From an uncultured Planctomycetota bacterium (lineage in GTDB: Bacteria; Planctomycetota; Planctomycetia; Isosphaerales; Isosphaeraceae), in assembly GCA_963823665.1 (NCBI GenBank), contig CAWGMQ010000010.1:2496001-2560000 (forward strand): a DNA stretch of 64,000 nt, read 5' to 3'. Every line of letters starts with the position of its first letter. The stretch's first letter is position 1. Below the pieces are notes generated by a model that did not search any database, was not told the DNA's origin, and saw only the letters and a program-made list of their open reading frames with translations. This document shows, piece after piece, positions 1 to 11,363 of this stretch. The translations under genes were made by a program, and so were the position numbers.

Positions 1-622
1 TCGTAGGCCCCGAGACCATAAACCGGGACAATTCCCGGATGTCCAGCCCGCCGGTGACCTTGGCCTCGAGCAGAAACCGCCCGCGACTCACCGGGTCATC
101 CGCGTGCTTGTCGAGGATTTGCTTGAGCGCGACTTCGCGGTTCAACTCGCCGTCGAGCGCAACGAAGACAGCGCCCAGGCTCTGCGCGTGCGGGCGGAGA
201 ATGCGAAACCGCAATCCGTCGCTGGTCACCCTGCCGACGGAATAGCTGAGGGTGCGCCCCGCATCGTCTTCGTCATCGTCTCGCGTGGAGGCCGAGCCAA
301 TGCGGATCAGGCTGGCTTCGATGGCAGGCTCGCCGATGGCCGACAGGCCCTCGCGCGTTGAACGGCCCGCAGGCATGACGGCCAGGCTCTTTTCGACGTC
401 GTTACCGTGCTTCTTCAGATGCCTGGCGACCAGGGCCTCGATGGCAATACGGTCGTCGGCGTCGAGGCCTCCGCCGTCGGCCAGGTGATCGGCCAGGGAT
501 CGAGCCTTGTCGCGCGTGCATGCGGCGAATGCCGCGAACAGATCCCCCTGGTCGATCAGGCCCGCCTGCAGAGTCAGCAGGCCAAAGAGCAGGTTCCGCG
601 CTGGGTCGGTGGATTGGGACAT
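1..622 (-). CDS. Hanks-type Ser/Thr protein kinase, N-terminal part (runs off window; frameshift near base 45)
   Basis: Not in the ORF track. Manual translation from ATG at 622: MSQSTDPARNLLFGLLTLQAGLIDQ...RFRILRPHAQSLGAVFVALDGELNREVALKQIL...; after a 1-nt slip it continues HPGIVPVYGLG. Close paralogue of the kinase starting at 7075. Confidence 0.85.
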   Translation of the reverse strand, partial: MSQSTDPARNLLFGLLTLQAGLIDQGDLFAAFAACTRDKARSLADHLADGGGLDADDRIAIEALVARHLKKHGNDVEKSLAVMPAGRSTREGLSAIGEPAIEASLIRIGSASTRDDDEDDAGRTLSYSVGRVTSDGLRFRILRPHAQSLGAVFVALDGELNREVALKQILDKHADDPVSRGRFLLEAKVTGGLDIRELSRFMVSGPT

Positions 623-733
623 GGTGGTAACTCACAGTCGATCGAGGGCCAAGCAGTGCCGCTCCAGCCCGGCCATGCCGAGGCCGTGCCGAATTGATTG
701 TAAATCGCCCGGATTCGGCTGTACCATAAGCGA

Positions 734-1489
734 ATGTCCCCTCCCGACCAAGAAACGCGATCCAGCTCGACAGGCCCCCAGCGATTCCACACCACGCACT
801 GGAGTCTCGTGCTCGCTGCTGGACGGCGGTCGTCGCCCGACGCTCGCGACGCTCTGGCCAGTCTCTGCGAGGTCTACTGGTATCCGCTCTACGCCTACAT
901 CCGGCGAAAAGGACATTCCCCGGCCGATGCCCAGGACCTGACCCAGGAATTCTTCGCCTGGCTGCTGGAGAAAAACCTCGCGGGCAAGGCGGACCCTACG
1001 CGAGGTCGGTTCCGGTCGTTCCTGCTCACATCGCTCGATCACTTCCTTGCCAAGTATTGGCGTCGCGCCGGCACACGGAAACGTGGCGGAGGACACGCCG
1101 TCGTCTCGCTCGATCTCGCCGCGGGCGAGAACCGCTACACTCTCGAGCCCGCGCACGAGCTCACTGCCGAGATGATCTACCGGCGCCGCTGGGCGCTCAC
1201 GCTGCTCGAAAAGACCCTCGCCAGTCTGCGCGACGAGTTCGTCACACGCGGAAAGCTCGAGCTGTTCGAGCACCTCAAGCCGCACCTGGGCGGCGACGAG
1301 ACCACGGTGCCGTATAGCCAGCTTGCAGAGGTCGTGGGCAAGACCGAAGGCGCGGTCAAGGTAGCCGTCCATCGGCTACGGCAGAGATGCCGCGAGCTCT
1401 TGCGAGCCGAGATCGCCCAGACGGTCTCCAGTCCGGAGGAGGTTGACGAAGAGCTGCGAGACCTGTTCGAGTCGGTCGCTCAGCAGTAA
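734..1489 (+). CDS. ECF RNA polymerase sigma factor (kinase-associated type with FxTTxWS N-terminus)
   Basis: FHTTHWSLV, sigma2 region YWYPLYAYIRR...DAQDLTQEFF, sigma4 region YSQLAEVVGKTEGAVKVAVHRLR; directly upstream of a kinase. Confidence 0.92.
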   Translation: MSPPDQETRSSSTGPQRFHTTHWSLVLAAGRRSSPDARDALASLCEVYWYPLYAYIRRKGHSPADAQDLTQEFFAWLLEKNLAGKADPTRGRFRSFLLTSLDHFLAKYWRRAGTRKRGGGHAVVSLDLAAGENRYTLEPAHELTAEMIYRRRWALTLLEKTLASLRDEFVTRGKLELFEHLKPHLGGDETTVPYSQLAEVVGKTEGAVKVAVHRLRQRCRELLRAEIAQTVSSPEEVDEELRDLFESVAQQ

Positions 1490-1569
1490 ACGCGAAGAAG
1501 GTTGTAACCTTTCGAGATTTCTGGGTTATTGGTGGGTAGACACGAGGCTTGATGCCATGAGGTCCTACC

Positions 1570-3726
1570 ATGACCGAGATCCGAAGATGCCAGCATTGCC
1601 ATTCGGACCTGCCGCCCGATGCCCCGGATGGCGTCTGCCCTCAGTGCGTCCTGAGGCTGGGTTTCGCCGGCCAATCAGAAGGTCTAGCCGATCACACGGC
1701 TGACTTGACCGCTCGTGGGCGAGTAGAACCCACATCCGGTTCCGAACCACGGCCGGCAACGCCCCCCTTCACGAGCCCCAGCCGATTCATTCCGCCCAGT
1801 CCCGAGCAGCTTGCCCCGCATTTCCCGCATCTCGAGATCGAGGAGCTGCTGGGCTCCGGTGGCATGGGCGCAGTGTACAAGGCTCGCCAGCGGCGGCTGG
1901 ACCGGCCGGTCGGACTCAAGGTCCTGCCCCCCGAGGTCGCCGCGGCCCCGGGGTTCTCTGAGCGGTTCACCCGTGAAGCCCGGGCGCTTGCGCGGTTGAA
2001 CCACCCTCACGTCGTCACCGTGCACGACTTCGGCGAGGCCGGCGGGATGTACTACTTCCTCATGGAGTTCGTCGACGGCGCGAACCTCCGGGAGTTGATC
2101 GCCGGCGGCAAGCTCCAGCCGCAGGAGGCGCTGGCGATCGTTCCCCAGGTTTGCGAGGCGCTCCAGTACGCGCACGACGAAGGGATCGTGCATCGCGACA
2201 TAAAGCCCGAAAATATCCTGCTTGATCGCAAAGGCCGCGTGAAGATCGCCGACTTCGGCCTGGCCAAGCTGTTTCGCAACGGAGGCTCGCTCGTGGGCAG
2301 GGCCGCTTACTCGCTCACTGGCTCGCAGCAGGTCATGGGCACGCCGCACTACATGGCCCCGGAGCAGATGGAGCGCCTCAAGGCGTCGATCACCGCGCGG
2401 ACATCTACTCGCTGGGCGTGGTGTTCTACGAGATGCTCACCGGCGAGCTGCCCCTGGGCCGCTTCGCGCCGCCATCGCGAAAGGTCCACATCGACGTGCG
2501 GCTCGACGAAGTCGTCCTGCGCACGCTCGAGAAAGAACCGGCAGCTGCGCTATCAGCACGCGAGTGACGTAAGAACCGATGTGCAAAACATCTCTCGCGC
2601 CGCCCCGGAACCGCGCTGGCCCGACTTTGAACCCGAAGCCGGCCCGGACGAGCTTCATTTCAAAGACGCGCAATCACAAGTCGCGCTGCCGGCCCTCGGG
2701 CTCGGCCTTGTCGGAGGAATCGGGTTCATCCTCTCATTCATCGCACTCTTCGTCGTGATGAATGCCCCCCCCAGGGCCCCCGGCGTCATCGAGGCATTGC
2801 TCGCGGCGGCGCTCACGCTCATGATCTCGCTGTTCATTGCCGCAGGAGGAAGCGCGATGGCAAGGCTTCGCTCGTACGGGCTTTGTCGCGCGGCCAGTAT
2901 CCTGGCGATCCTGCCTTGTCATGTCGCCTGGTTGTTGGGCATGCCGGCCGGCGTCTGTGCGTGGACCGTGCTGAGCCGGCCGGACGTACGCGCCGCGTTT
3001 CACGGCAAGACGTCCCGAACGCGCTCCAGATCGACCGCATTCAACGCGCTGGTCATCATCGCCGCCGCATTCTTGATTGGCGCACTGCTGATCGTCGTCG
3101 CCCATTTGTGGACCGCCGCGAGCACGCCGTCGGCTGCCTCGCCCGTTTCCGCTCCACCGCCAAGCCCGCTGCCGCTGATCCCAGCACGAACCCGAGGGTG
3201 GGAGCTTGGTCCGACCGGCCCCTCCTTGACCGACACGTTCGCTCGATCAGTGCTTCGTCTGAAATCCGAACAATTCATGAAAGTCAACAAGATCCTCCGG
3301 GCCGCTTACGAGGAATCCGTGGCGCTCGAAGCGCGGAACACCGAGCAGCACACCGACGACTCAGGCCACCTCGTCATCACGATCCAGCCCTACGCCGGCC
3401 CGGTAGCGAAGCTCGAAAACCGTCTCTGGTCCGAGCTCGACGCGATCCTGGACAGGCAGCAGCAATCGATCGCTCGCCTGAACCTCGAGCTCGATCCCCC
3501 GCGCGAACGAGGGGAAATCTCCCTGGCCGAGCTTTGTGGGCCCGGCTTCTTCGGCTGGGGCAAGGAAGGCGTTCGGCTCGAGCTTTGGCGCGTCGGCACG
3601 TGGTATCACTGGAAAACCCAATTGCCAACCGGACAGGAGCAATCCGAAAGCGCTCCTCAGCTTCCCAAAGAGTATCAACGCTTCTGGAAGGAACCGGAAA
3701 AGGTGTCAGGAACCTTTCCCCTGTAG
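1570..3726 (+). CDS. Membrane-anchored Ser/Thr protein kinase
   Basis: [35 protein letters not shown]; several hydrophobic helices follow. Subdomain IX ([23 protein letters not shown]) is in another frame at about 2385-2541 (compensating frameshifts). Confidence 0.92.
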   Translation: MTEIRRCQHCHSDLPPDAPDGVCPQCVLRLGFAGQSEGLADHTADLTARGRVEPTSGSEPRPATPPFTSPSRFIPPSPEQLAPHFPHLEIEELLGSGGMGAVYKARQRRLDRPVGLKVLPPEVAAAPGFSERFTREARALARLNHPHVVTVHDFGEAGGMYYFLMEFVDGANLRELIAGGKLQPQEALAIVPQVCEALQYAHDEGIVHRDIKPENILLDRKGRVKIADFGLAKLFRNGGSLVGRAAYSLTGSQQVMGTPHYMAPEQMERLKASITARTSTRWAWCSTRCSPASCPWAASRRHRERSTSTCGSTKSSCARSRKNRQLRYQHASDVRTDVQNISRAAPEPRWPDFEPEAGPDELHFKDAQSQVALPALGLGLVGGIGFILSFIALFVVMNAPPRAPGVIEALLAAALTLMISLFIAAGGSAMARLRSYGLCRAASILAILPCHVAWLLGMPAGVCAWTVLSRPDVRAAFHGKTSRTRSRSTAFNALVIIAAAFLIGALLIVVAHLWTAASTPSAASPVSAPPPSPLPLIPARTRGWELGPTGPSLTDTFARSVLRLKSEQFMKVNKILRAAYEESVALEARNTEQHTDDSGHLVITIQPYAGPVAKLENRLWSELDAILDRQQQSIARLNLELDPPRERGEISLAELCGPGFFGWGKEGVRLELWRVGTWYHWKTQLPTGQEQSESAPQLPKEYQRFWKEPEKVSGTFPL

Positions 3727-3779
3727 CAGGCACACTCCGTGTGCCGCCAGCCCCACTAAAAGGTGCCAGGAACCAATTC
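3697..3779. repeat. REP-like cluster: two AAAAGGTG(T/C)CAGGAACC units around a GTAG-type hairpin
   Basis: gaaaaggtgtcaggaaccttt (3697), gtagcaggcacactccgtgtgccg (3723), aaaaggtgccaggaaccaattc (3758); lies between convergent genes. Confidence 0.75.
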
Positions 3780-3822
3780 GCGGTGTGCACCACGCTCAAA
3801 CCGCAGACACCCTGCCGCCACC

Positions 3823-6800
3823 CTAGCGGCTTTGTCCGAACGGGTTGGCCGGGAACCCTACGTCAAGCAAGAGCATCTGGTAATCGCGGCGCGAACGGAT
3901 CGGGTCAAGGTCCGTGTCGGACCTCATGTGGGCAAGTCTTTGCCATCCGGCAGCGACGGCCTGGCGCAGGCTCAAAATCGCCTGGTCCGCCTCGGCCTCT
4001 CCGTCGGCCGCGGTGAGACCAGATCCGGCTTCGGAGGCGACGCCGGAAAGCAGCGACTGGCAGCACGCGAGGTCGTAGATGTCAACGGCCGCCGGGCTTG
4101 CCGACCCTTTCAGGAGCTTGATCGCCTCGCGAAAGTCGAGACCGCCTCGCGGAGCCGGCCGCATTTCTGGAGCGTGATCCCGCGACGCCTCACGCCGCTG
4201 GCAAGATTGTACCGCGAGGCAGACAGCTCGGCCTCGACCAGCCTGCGCTGGATCGTCACCGCTTTGTCGTGCCACGGCAGCGCTTCCGAAGGTGTGCCGG
4301 CCGCGGTGAAGAGGTCGCCGATCTCCAGGTAGGCCCCGGCGAGCTCGGACTGGATGCCAAGGTCGTTTAGCCCTGCATTGGCAAGCTTTGTCGCAATCGC
4401 CACGGCCGGCTCACGGGACTTGAGCGCCTGTGACATCTGCCCGGCCCGGGCGTGGATCTCCGCGATCTGTCTGTGAATACGGATGAGCTGCGTCTGGTCT
4501 CGCACAACGGAAGTGCCCGCCTTCACCAGCGTCTCCCGCGCCTTCCGGGCCCCCTCGAGCAACGGGAGCGCCTCGGCATCCCGTGCTAATCGGACCAGAA
4601 TCGCGGCGCTCATCGCGTCGATCCAGGCCCGATCGCGGGTGACGGAAAGCAGGCTCGGGTTGGCGTCTCCGATCACGCGGAGCATCTGACGCGCCCGGTC
4701 GTCGGCCGCGAGCGCCTCATTGTCGCGACCCGCTTCCTCGAGCGCGATTGCCAGATTGCCCAGCGTCCGGGGCACCTCATGGGCGATCCGGGCATCGGTC
4801 GGATTCGCCCGGAAAACCTCCTCGACCAGGTCGCGTGCCCGCCCGTAGACTGCCAGCGCCTGATCACTCTGGCCCGACGATTCCAAGTGCATGGCCAGGT
4901 CGTCGCAGGTCATCGCGAGCTCGAGTCGAACCTGCTCGTCCGACGGTTTGATCCTGACCACATCCTCCTGAATGGCTCGCGCTCGCTCCAGCGTCTCCAG
5001 CCCTTCACCCACTCGTGAGTTCTCCAGGAGAAACGTTCCACGAAGATGTTCGACACGTGCCAGCTCGCTCCGGCGCCCGAGATCGGTGCGGTCGATCGCG
5101 GCCACGTCCTGGGCGATCGCGCTGGCGCGGCTTGCGGCCGCCAGGGCCTCGGCCTTTTGCCCGAGCGACGAGAACGACGATGCAATCGTAGCGTAGGACC
5201 GTTCAACCTGGCCCAGGACCTCCGTGTCGTCCGGCGAGTCGCGCGCGAGGTCTTCGAACAGGGCTAAGGCTCGCCGGTGAATCACCAGCGCATCTTTCTT
5301 TGAATCGAGGTCCTTCGTGAGCTCGCCCACTTGGAAGTAGGCACGCGCAAGCGCCAGCCGCGAGTCTCGGTCCGCGTGGCCCCCGAGCATCCCCTCCAGC
5401 TTGCGGTAGAACTCCTGCGCCCGCGCAGCAGCTTGGTGCGGAGCGTGCCAAACTCCTTCTGTTTGAGCAGCAGATCCTCGCTGACACCGGTGTGGAACAT
5501 CCGGATCGCCTCCTGCGCCAGCGCGAACCGTGCCCGCTCCCGCCCGTTGGAGGCCGCCAACTCGTTGTTGGCGCGGGTTACCTCCGCGTTGGCGAGCGCC
5601 AGCTTGGCATTCGAAGCCTTCAGTTCAGTATTCGCCCGGGTCTGGACCGCCAGCACCGCCGCCGTTCCAACCAATGCCACGAGCACCGCCGCGCCCGCGG
5701 CAATCACCACCGTTCGGTTGCGCCGCGCCCACCGCCGCGCCCGTCGCGAGAGCGGCTCGCGCCAGGCTGTCACCGGCTCATCGGCCATCCACCGCTCCAG
5801 GTCGTCCACCAGCGCCTTGGGCGTCGGATAGCGGTCCGCCGCCATCGTGGCCATGGCCTTCAGGCAGACGGCCTCCAGAGCCTTATCGAGCGCCGGATCA
5901 CGATGGGATGGCCGTGGAAATTCACCTTCCTCGACCGACCGCAGGATGACCCCGATGTCCTCGCCCGTGAACGGCGGCTTGCCGGTCAGCAAGCAGTAAA
6001 GCGTCGCGCCCAGGCTGTACACATCGGACCGCGGGCCAAGATGTTCGAGGTCGCCCCGCGCCTGTTCCGGGCTCATGTACGCCGGAGTTCCCAGCGCGCT
6101 TCCGGCCAAAGTTTCCGACGAGCCGCTCGACGACGGCGTAATCGTCTGCTCCCCGGCCGTCGGATCAGCCCGCCCGACGGCCTTGGCCAGCCCCCAGTCC
6201 ACAACCAGCGTCTCGCCGTGCTTGCCCAGGATGATATTGGCCGGCTTCAGGTCGCGGTGGATCACACCGCGAGAGTGCGCATAGTCGATCGCGTTGCACA
6301 CGTCGGTGAATCGGTGCAATAGCTTGCGCAGCTCGAGCGACCGCCGACCGGGATCTTTCCCGAATACCTCGTCCTTGTGAAACCGGTCAATGGCCTCTTT
6401 GAGAGAATCACCCTTGATGAATCGCATCGCGTAGTAAGGACGCCCCGCTGCATCCGTGCCCAGCCCGTACACAGGAACCACGCCGGGGTGCTCCAGCCCC
6501 CCGGTGATCTCGGCCTCCGCGACGAACCGTTGACGGCTGACCCGGTCGTCGGCGTGTTTCTCCAGGATCTGTTTGAGAGCCACCTCGCGGTGCAACTCGC
6601 TATCAATCGCAACAAACACGGCGCCCAGTCCACCCCGGGCAAACGGCCTCAGGATGCGGAACCGCTCGCCGTCGCTCGTGGCGCTGCCGACGGAGTAGGT
6701 GCTGGTTCGCTCGGCTTCATCATCGTCGGGTTCGGTGCCTTCGCACCTCTTGCCCCGGATGGCGCGGGCGAGCGTCGCCTCGATTTCGGGCTCGCCCAGA

Positions 6801-7075
6801 CTTGCCAGGCTGGCGCGGGTCGACCGGCTCGACGGCACGGCGGCCAGGCTCCGCTCCACGTCGCCGTCGTGCGTTTCAAGCTGCACAGCGGCCAGCGCAT
6901 CGAGCACACCTCGCTTGGCACTCGTCAGATCGCCGCGGGCCTCCAGGTGGTCAGCGAGCCCCCGTGATTTATCGAGGCTCCAGGCCTGGAACGCTGCCAC
7001 AAGCTGCACCTGATTGATGATTCCGTTCTGGAGTGCAAGCAGTCCGAAGAGAAGATTGCGGTCGGCAGTGGCCAT
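3823..7075 (-). CDS. Ser/Thr protein kinase with C-terminal TPR repeats (split by two frameshifts)
   Basis: ORF 5282..7075 carries the kinase (HRDLKPAN, DWGLAK, GTPAYMSPEQ) and a TM segment; 4110..5390 and 3823..4275 continue TPR-like helices ending YDLACC...DTDLDPIRSRRDY. Confidence 0.9.
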
Positions 7076-7240
7076 CGCGAAGCTCCGCGGAACAGGACGC
7101 CCCGGCGCCGTCGGTCGCGATTCCGCACCGCATCTAGGGCGCGCCGGAAGCGTCGCGTCGACCGCATTCTCGCATGGGTATCCAGCCCATGCAAACGCCC
7201 ACGGCCCACGACCACCGAGCGAAGCCCTGCTCCCATCGCC

Positions 7241-9343
7241 TCATCTCGGCTGCGCATCCGGGCGCTTGGGTTCGAGTTCCTCGACCGTCTTACCCGGTAT
7301 CAGGTTCTTGCCGGCCAAGCCGGGGTAGTCCTTCGCGTAGCGATAGGCGCGGAAGACCGAATTCCCGCCGAAGCCGCCCGGCCCGCCCGGCGGGCCGCCG
7401 GGTCCCCGAGGTGGTCCTCCCGGCCCGCCGGGACGATTGCCAGGCGGGCCACCCCGCGCGATCATGGTGCGTATCTCCTTCATCTGCTCCTTCTGGTCAT
7501 CGTTCAGCAGGGCTTCGACCTTGCCGTCGACTTCCTTCTGGACCGCCGCCACCGCCGTTTTCTGGTCGGCCGACAGCTTGAGCACGATCTGCGTCGGCAG
7601 CGGCAGAATCTGCCCCGGCGTGCCCATCCCGGCGAAGCCCATCGGGTCGGCGGCGCGCCGCTCGAGAAGCTGCTTTCGCTGCGTCGCGTCGAGGATCTTC
7701 TCGAGCTTGCCCACAACTTCTTTCTGAGTCGCGTCGAGCTTCGCCTTCTGGTCGGGCGTCAAATTGAGGATGAACTGAAACATGGGCGGCAGGATGTCTG
7801 CCAGCGTCGGCGGGCCACCCATCGGCGGGCCGCCGGGCATGCCTCCGGCGAAGGAGCCGCCGGCAGGATTGGCGTACTTCCACACGGTCTCGCCCGCGGG
7901 CGTCACCTCGAAGATCATGCCGCTCACGCTCTCGCAGATCAGCGTGTTGCCGTTGGGTAGCCGGTTGGCGCCGGACATGATGAAGGCGAAAAGGTCCTCC
8001 TTCTTTGGCGCCGTGTACGACCAGATCGCTTCGCTCGGCCCGAACCGCTCCCCGTCCGCGCGGGTGTAATTACCCTCGGCGTCGACCGGAACGACGATCT
8101 CGTCGACCGACGAATAATTGCCCGCCGGCCGGCCCCCGCCGTTATTGAAGACGAGAACGTGCCCCGCCCCGGGATGTCCCTTGGCGATCCATTGCGCGTC
8201 GTGCTGCGCAAAGAGACGTTGATCCGCCGTCGTGCCGGCCCGGTACGAGCTCGGGTTGCCCCAGCGGTAGAGGATGTCGCCACCTTTGCCGCGCTTTCCA
8301 CCGTTGTGGCCGGCGGCCTCGGCGGTTGTAGTGGCGTGGTCGATGATCCAGAACTCGCCGAACGAGCGCACACTGATCATGATCTGATCAAATTCCGCGT
8401 TGTAGGCCACCGAATTCACGTGGGTCCAGTCGGGCAGGAGTCCCAAGTTTCCCCGCGCCGTCGGGTTGCCGACGTACCCGATGCTCTTGAGCCGGTCCAT
8501 TTCCCGCTTCTTCTTCGCCTCGTCCTGCTTCGGGGTACCCTTCGTCGCGAAGTCACCTTGCGGCGGCCCGGGTGGACCGCCGCCGGGAAAGGCCATCTCG
8601 CCGCTGCCGAAGTTGATGTCGATCAGCTCGGGGTGATTGCCCACGTTGCCGAAGTTCGCCTTCGTTGGCTCGGCGTCCTGGATCAAGTGATCCCAGGCGT
8701 GCCACTCCCAGACGACCAGGCCGGTGGTCTTGCCGCTCGGCTTGATCTCAACGAGGGAATCCGCCAGCCACGGCCCGCGCACATTGCTTGGGTCGCGGCC
8801 CGCCGCGACGGCCTCTGCCCCCGTCTTGATCTCCCAGACGATCAGCATGACGTTGCCATTCGGAAGCCGGCAAATCGCGTGGTGCGCCATGCGCTTGTCG
8901 TCATGGAATTTGAAATCCCACACGATGTTTCCGTCCCAGTCGAACTCCTGGACTCGCCCCCCCTGGCCGGCGCCCCCGAAGAGCCGCTCCCGGTTGTCGA
9001 GCGTGGCGGCGCGGAGAAGGTGGCCATTCTCGAGGAAGTAGGCCTCCTGGCCCGCCGTGTACTTGCTCTCCCACGCGCGGACCACCCGCCCTTCCATGTC
9101 GATGAGGTAAGACTTCTTCGAGTTCAGCGGAGCGAGCAGCGTGTATCCTTGGAACGCCTTCGGTTCGTTGAGCTGCAGCCCAAGCGTGAGGGGGCGATCG
9201 CCTGCGGCGGCCTCGGCCTTCTGCGGCGCCGGGCCATCGTCGGGCTCCGCCGCGACCGCGAACACGACCGTCGCCAGCGACAGCGCCGCCACCACCGCGA
9301 CGCCCAACACGCGCCGCCAGATTTGCTCAGGACACAAGCTCAT
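7241..9343 (-). CDS. Secreted aryl-sulfate sulfotransferase (ASST)-like beta-propeller protein with LTxxQ-type helical insert
   Basis: Signal peptide from the likely ATG at 9343; GYTLLAP, HHAICRLPNGN, DWTHVNSVAY, ILYRWGNP, QHDAQWI, SGANRLPNGNTLI, C-terminal FRAYRY. Confidence 0.85.
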   Translation of the reverse strand: MSLCPEQIWRRVLGVAVVAALSLATVVFAVAAEPDDGPAPQKAEAAAGDRPLTLGLQLNEPKAFQGYTLLAPLNSKKSYLIDMEGRVVRAWESKYTAGQEAYFLENGHLLRAATLDNRERLFGGAGQGGRVQEFDWDGNIVWDFKFHDDKRMAHHAICRLPNGNVMLIVWEIKTGAEAVAAGRDPSNVRGPWLADSLVEIKPSGKTTGLVVWEWHAWDHLIQDAEPTKANFGNVGNHPELIDINFGSGEMAFPGGGPPGPPQGDFATKGTPKQDEAKKKREMDRLKSIGYVGNPTARGNLGLLPDWTHVNSVAYNAEFDQIMISVRSFGEFWIIDHATTTAEAAGHNGGKRGKGGDILYRWGNPSSYRAGTTADQRLFAQHDAQWIAKGHPGAGHVLVFNNGGGRPAGNYSSVDEIVVPVDAEGNYTRADGERFGPSEAIWSYTAPKKEDLFAFIMSGANRLPNGNTLICESVSGMIFEVTPAGETVWKYANPAGGSFAGGMPGGPPMGGPPTLADILPPMFQFILNLTPDQKAKLDATQKEVVGKLEKILDATQRKQLLERRAADPMGFAGMGTPGQILPLPTQIVLKLSADQKTAVAAVQKEVDGKVEALLNDDQKEQMKEIRTMIARGGPPGNRPGGPGGPPRGPGGPPGGPGGFGGNSVFRAYRYAKDYPGLAGKNLIPGKTVEELEPKRPDAQPR

Positions 9344-9392
9344 GGGTGCGACTCCTCTGTCCAACGTGAGTAGTGCATCAATATGCGGCTGT

Positions 9393-10220
9393 TTAGCTAT
9401 TCGACGGCAGATCGCGACGCTGAAACAAGATGAACGAAAGCAGGACGCCGGCCGCGGCGACGCCTCCGAGGCCCGCCGCGTGCCGGGCAAAGGTCTCGCC
9501 CGTGACGGCAACCTCGACCGGGTCGAACGCCTTGAACACGGAGAATCGGCCCACCCACTCCCAGTCCGAGAGCGTTGGGAACCCGGATACGACCCCCGCG
9601 GCGAAGCTCGCAATCGTGGCTGACGCGGCAATCAAGTTGGGCCGCCAGCGGACGACGTCCCTCACGGCAAATAGCAGCGAGCAGCCATAAATTGCCGCCC
9701 CGACCAGGGCCAGGTTGGCGGCGGGTTTGACAAGGCTGAGAAGCGCTGGTGTGTCTTTCACCGGGTTGTACAGACCGCCAATCCGATTGCCGGCGACCAG
9801 CACCGCTGCAAGGAGCACAAGCCCCATTACAGCCACCATGACCTGCGAGCCAAGATACTCCGGCCGCGAGACCGGGCGTGACAGCGTGATGTCGAGCGTG
9901 CCGCGCTCGATCTCGCCCGCCACCGCCGCACTCCCCCGCGAGATCGCCCAGACGCAGACCACGATCATGACGAACGGGTGGTTCCAGAAGATCACCTGGA
10001 AGGAAAGCGAGGAGAAGTCCATCGCCGCCCCGCCCATCCCCCGCGTGAACTGCTCGAACCGCTCGGCGTCGGACCCGGTAACCTTGAGGAACTGCCGTTC
10101 GATGCGGCAGGCGATAAACGCCGAGAGCCAGCCGAGGCCGAACAGCGCGGCTGAGCCGAGGCCGAGGAACCAACGCGACTCCCCGAGCTGCTTGCGGATC
10201 ATGGTGCTCATCGCGCTCAT
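9393..10220 (-). CDS. ABC-2 type transporter permease
   Basis: Six hydrophobic segments, AGEIERGTLDITLSRPVSR, C-terminal FQRRDL. Confidence 0.9.
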   Translation of the reverse strand: MSAMSTMIRKQLGESRWFLGLGSAALFGLGWLSAFIACRIERQFLKVTGSDAERFEQFTRGMGGAAMDFSSLSFQVIFWNHPFVMIVVCVWAISRGSAAVAGEIERGTLDITLSRPVSRPEYLGSQVMVAVMGLVLLAAVLVAGNRIGGLYNPVKDTPALLSLVKPAANLALVGAAIYGCSLLFAVRDVVRWRPNLIAASATIASFAAGVVSGFPTLSDWEWVGRFSVFKAFDPVEVAVTGETFARHAAGLGGVAAAGVLLSFILFQRRDLPSNS

Positions 10221-11125
10221 GTGCGGTCGTCCTCATCCGTCGCGTCGGGCCCGTGGTATCGGTCATACAGGCTGCGCAGGTCTTCGGTGCCCACGGCGAC
10301 GTCAACGATCGGCTGCGACCCGATCCACGTGAAGAGCGGCGAAACAGCCCCCCGGTGCTCCATGAGCACGGTTTCCCCTTTTCGCTCCCTTACCGTAAGG
10401 CCAAGCTCTTCCGGGAAGCTCTCCGGTACCCCACCTTCGTAGCGGACCAGCACCATCCGCAGGCCGCGTCGAGCGTGCATGTCTTCAACGTGCATCAATC
10501 GGCCCCGCCGCATGATCGCCACCCGGTCCGACACCGCTTCGACCTCGGGCAGGACATGTCCCGAGAAGACGACCGTCTGCCCCTGGGCCTTGGCTTGGGC
10601 CACGAGGCCCATCACATCGCCCCGGACCGTCGGGTCGAGGGAGGAGGTGGGTTCATCTAGAATCAGGATCTCAACCGGGTCGGCAAACGCCTGAGCAAGC
10701 GCGAGCTTCTGCTTCATGCCCGTGGAATAGTTCCGAACTTTGCGCGAGAGATCGAGCCCCATCACCTGTTCCGCCAGAGCCACCGCCCGGTCGATGCCGA
10801 TTCCGTCGCGCAGACCGCACATGTATCGCAGCATCTTCACCCCGCTCAGGTGCCCGAAAAGGCGGATCTCGCCGGGCAGGAACGACACCAACCGCCTCAC
10901 CTCGCGGCCTTGGCGCCAGGGGTCGAGGCCCGCCACGGCGGCCTGGCCGGCCGTCGGATGAAGCAATCCCATGAGCAGCCGGAGGAGCGTCGTCTTGCCC
11001 GCCCCGTTCGGGCCTAAGAGCCCCAGGATTTCGCCCTCCCTCACGTCAAGCGTCACGTCTGCGAGCGCAACGAATCGCCCGTACCACTTCGTCAGTCGCA
11101 CAGTCTCGATCATCCGTCGTGCCAT
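10217..11125 (-). CDS. ABC transporter ATP-binding protein
   Basis: Walker A GPNGAGKTT, signature YSTGMKQK, Walker B LILDEPT; likely start MARRMIETV at 11125; overlaps the permease start. Confidence 0.93.
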   Translation of the reverse strand: MARRMIETVRLTKWYGRFVALADVTLDVREGEILGLLGPNGAGKTTLLRLLMGLLHPTAGQAAVAGLDPWRQGREVRRLVSFLPGEIRLFGHLSGVKMLRYMCGLRDGIGIDRAVALAEQVMGLDLSRKVRNYSTGMKQKLALAQAFADPVEILILDEPTSSLDPTVRGDVMGLVAQAKAQGQTVVFSGHVLPEVEAVSDRVAIMRRGRLMHVEDMHARRGLRMVLVRYEGGVPESFPEELGLTVRERKGETVLMEHRGAVSPLFTWIGSQPIVDVAVGTEDLRSLYDRYHGPDATDEDDRT

Positions 11126-11363
11126 CAACACACCTGCACAAATCCAGCCCGCAGCGTCCCTGCCCTTGAGTTCTCGCGGCGGAACGAGAGGGCAACCCCA
11201 ACGCCTTCCAGAGATACCCGCTTTCCCACACACGCAACGTCAAGAATTGTCAATCTGCGTGACAATGGACCATGCGGCGGAGAGAATGGATGGGGCAGGG
11301 GGTACCGTGTTCTCTTCAGGCTCGCCCGGGAGAGACGCAACTGCCCCCTAGTTCGGAGGCCGT

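Noticed and set aside
2385..2541. Programmed double frameshift in the kinase
   Set aside because: No slippery sequence, and similar indels occur throughout the window.
2883..9373. Long alternative-frame ORFs such as 2883..4016, 5492..6322 and 8159..9373
   Set aside because: Arg/Pro-rich shadows of real genes in high-GC DNA with no motifs.
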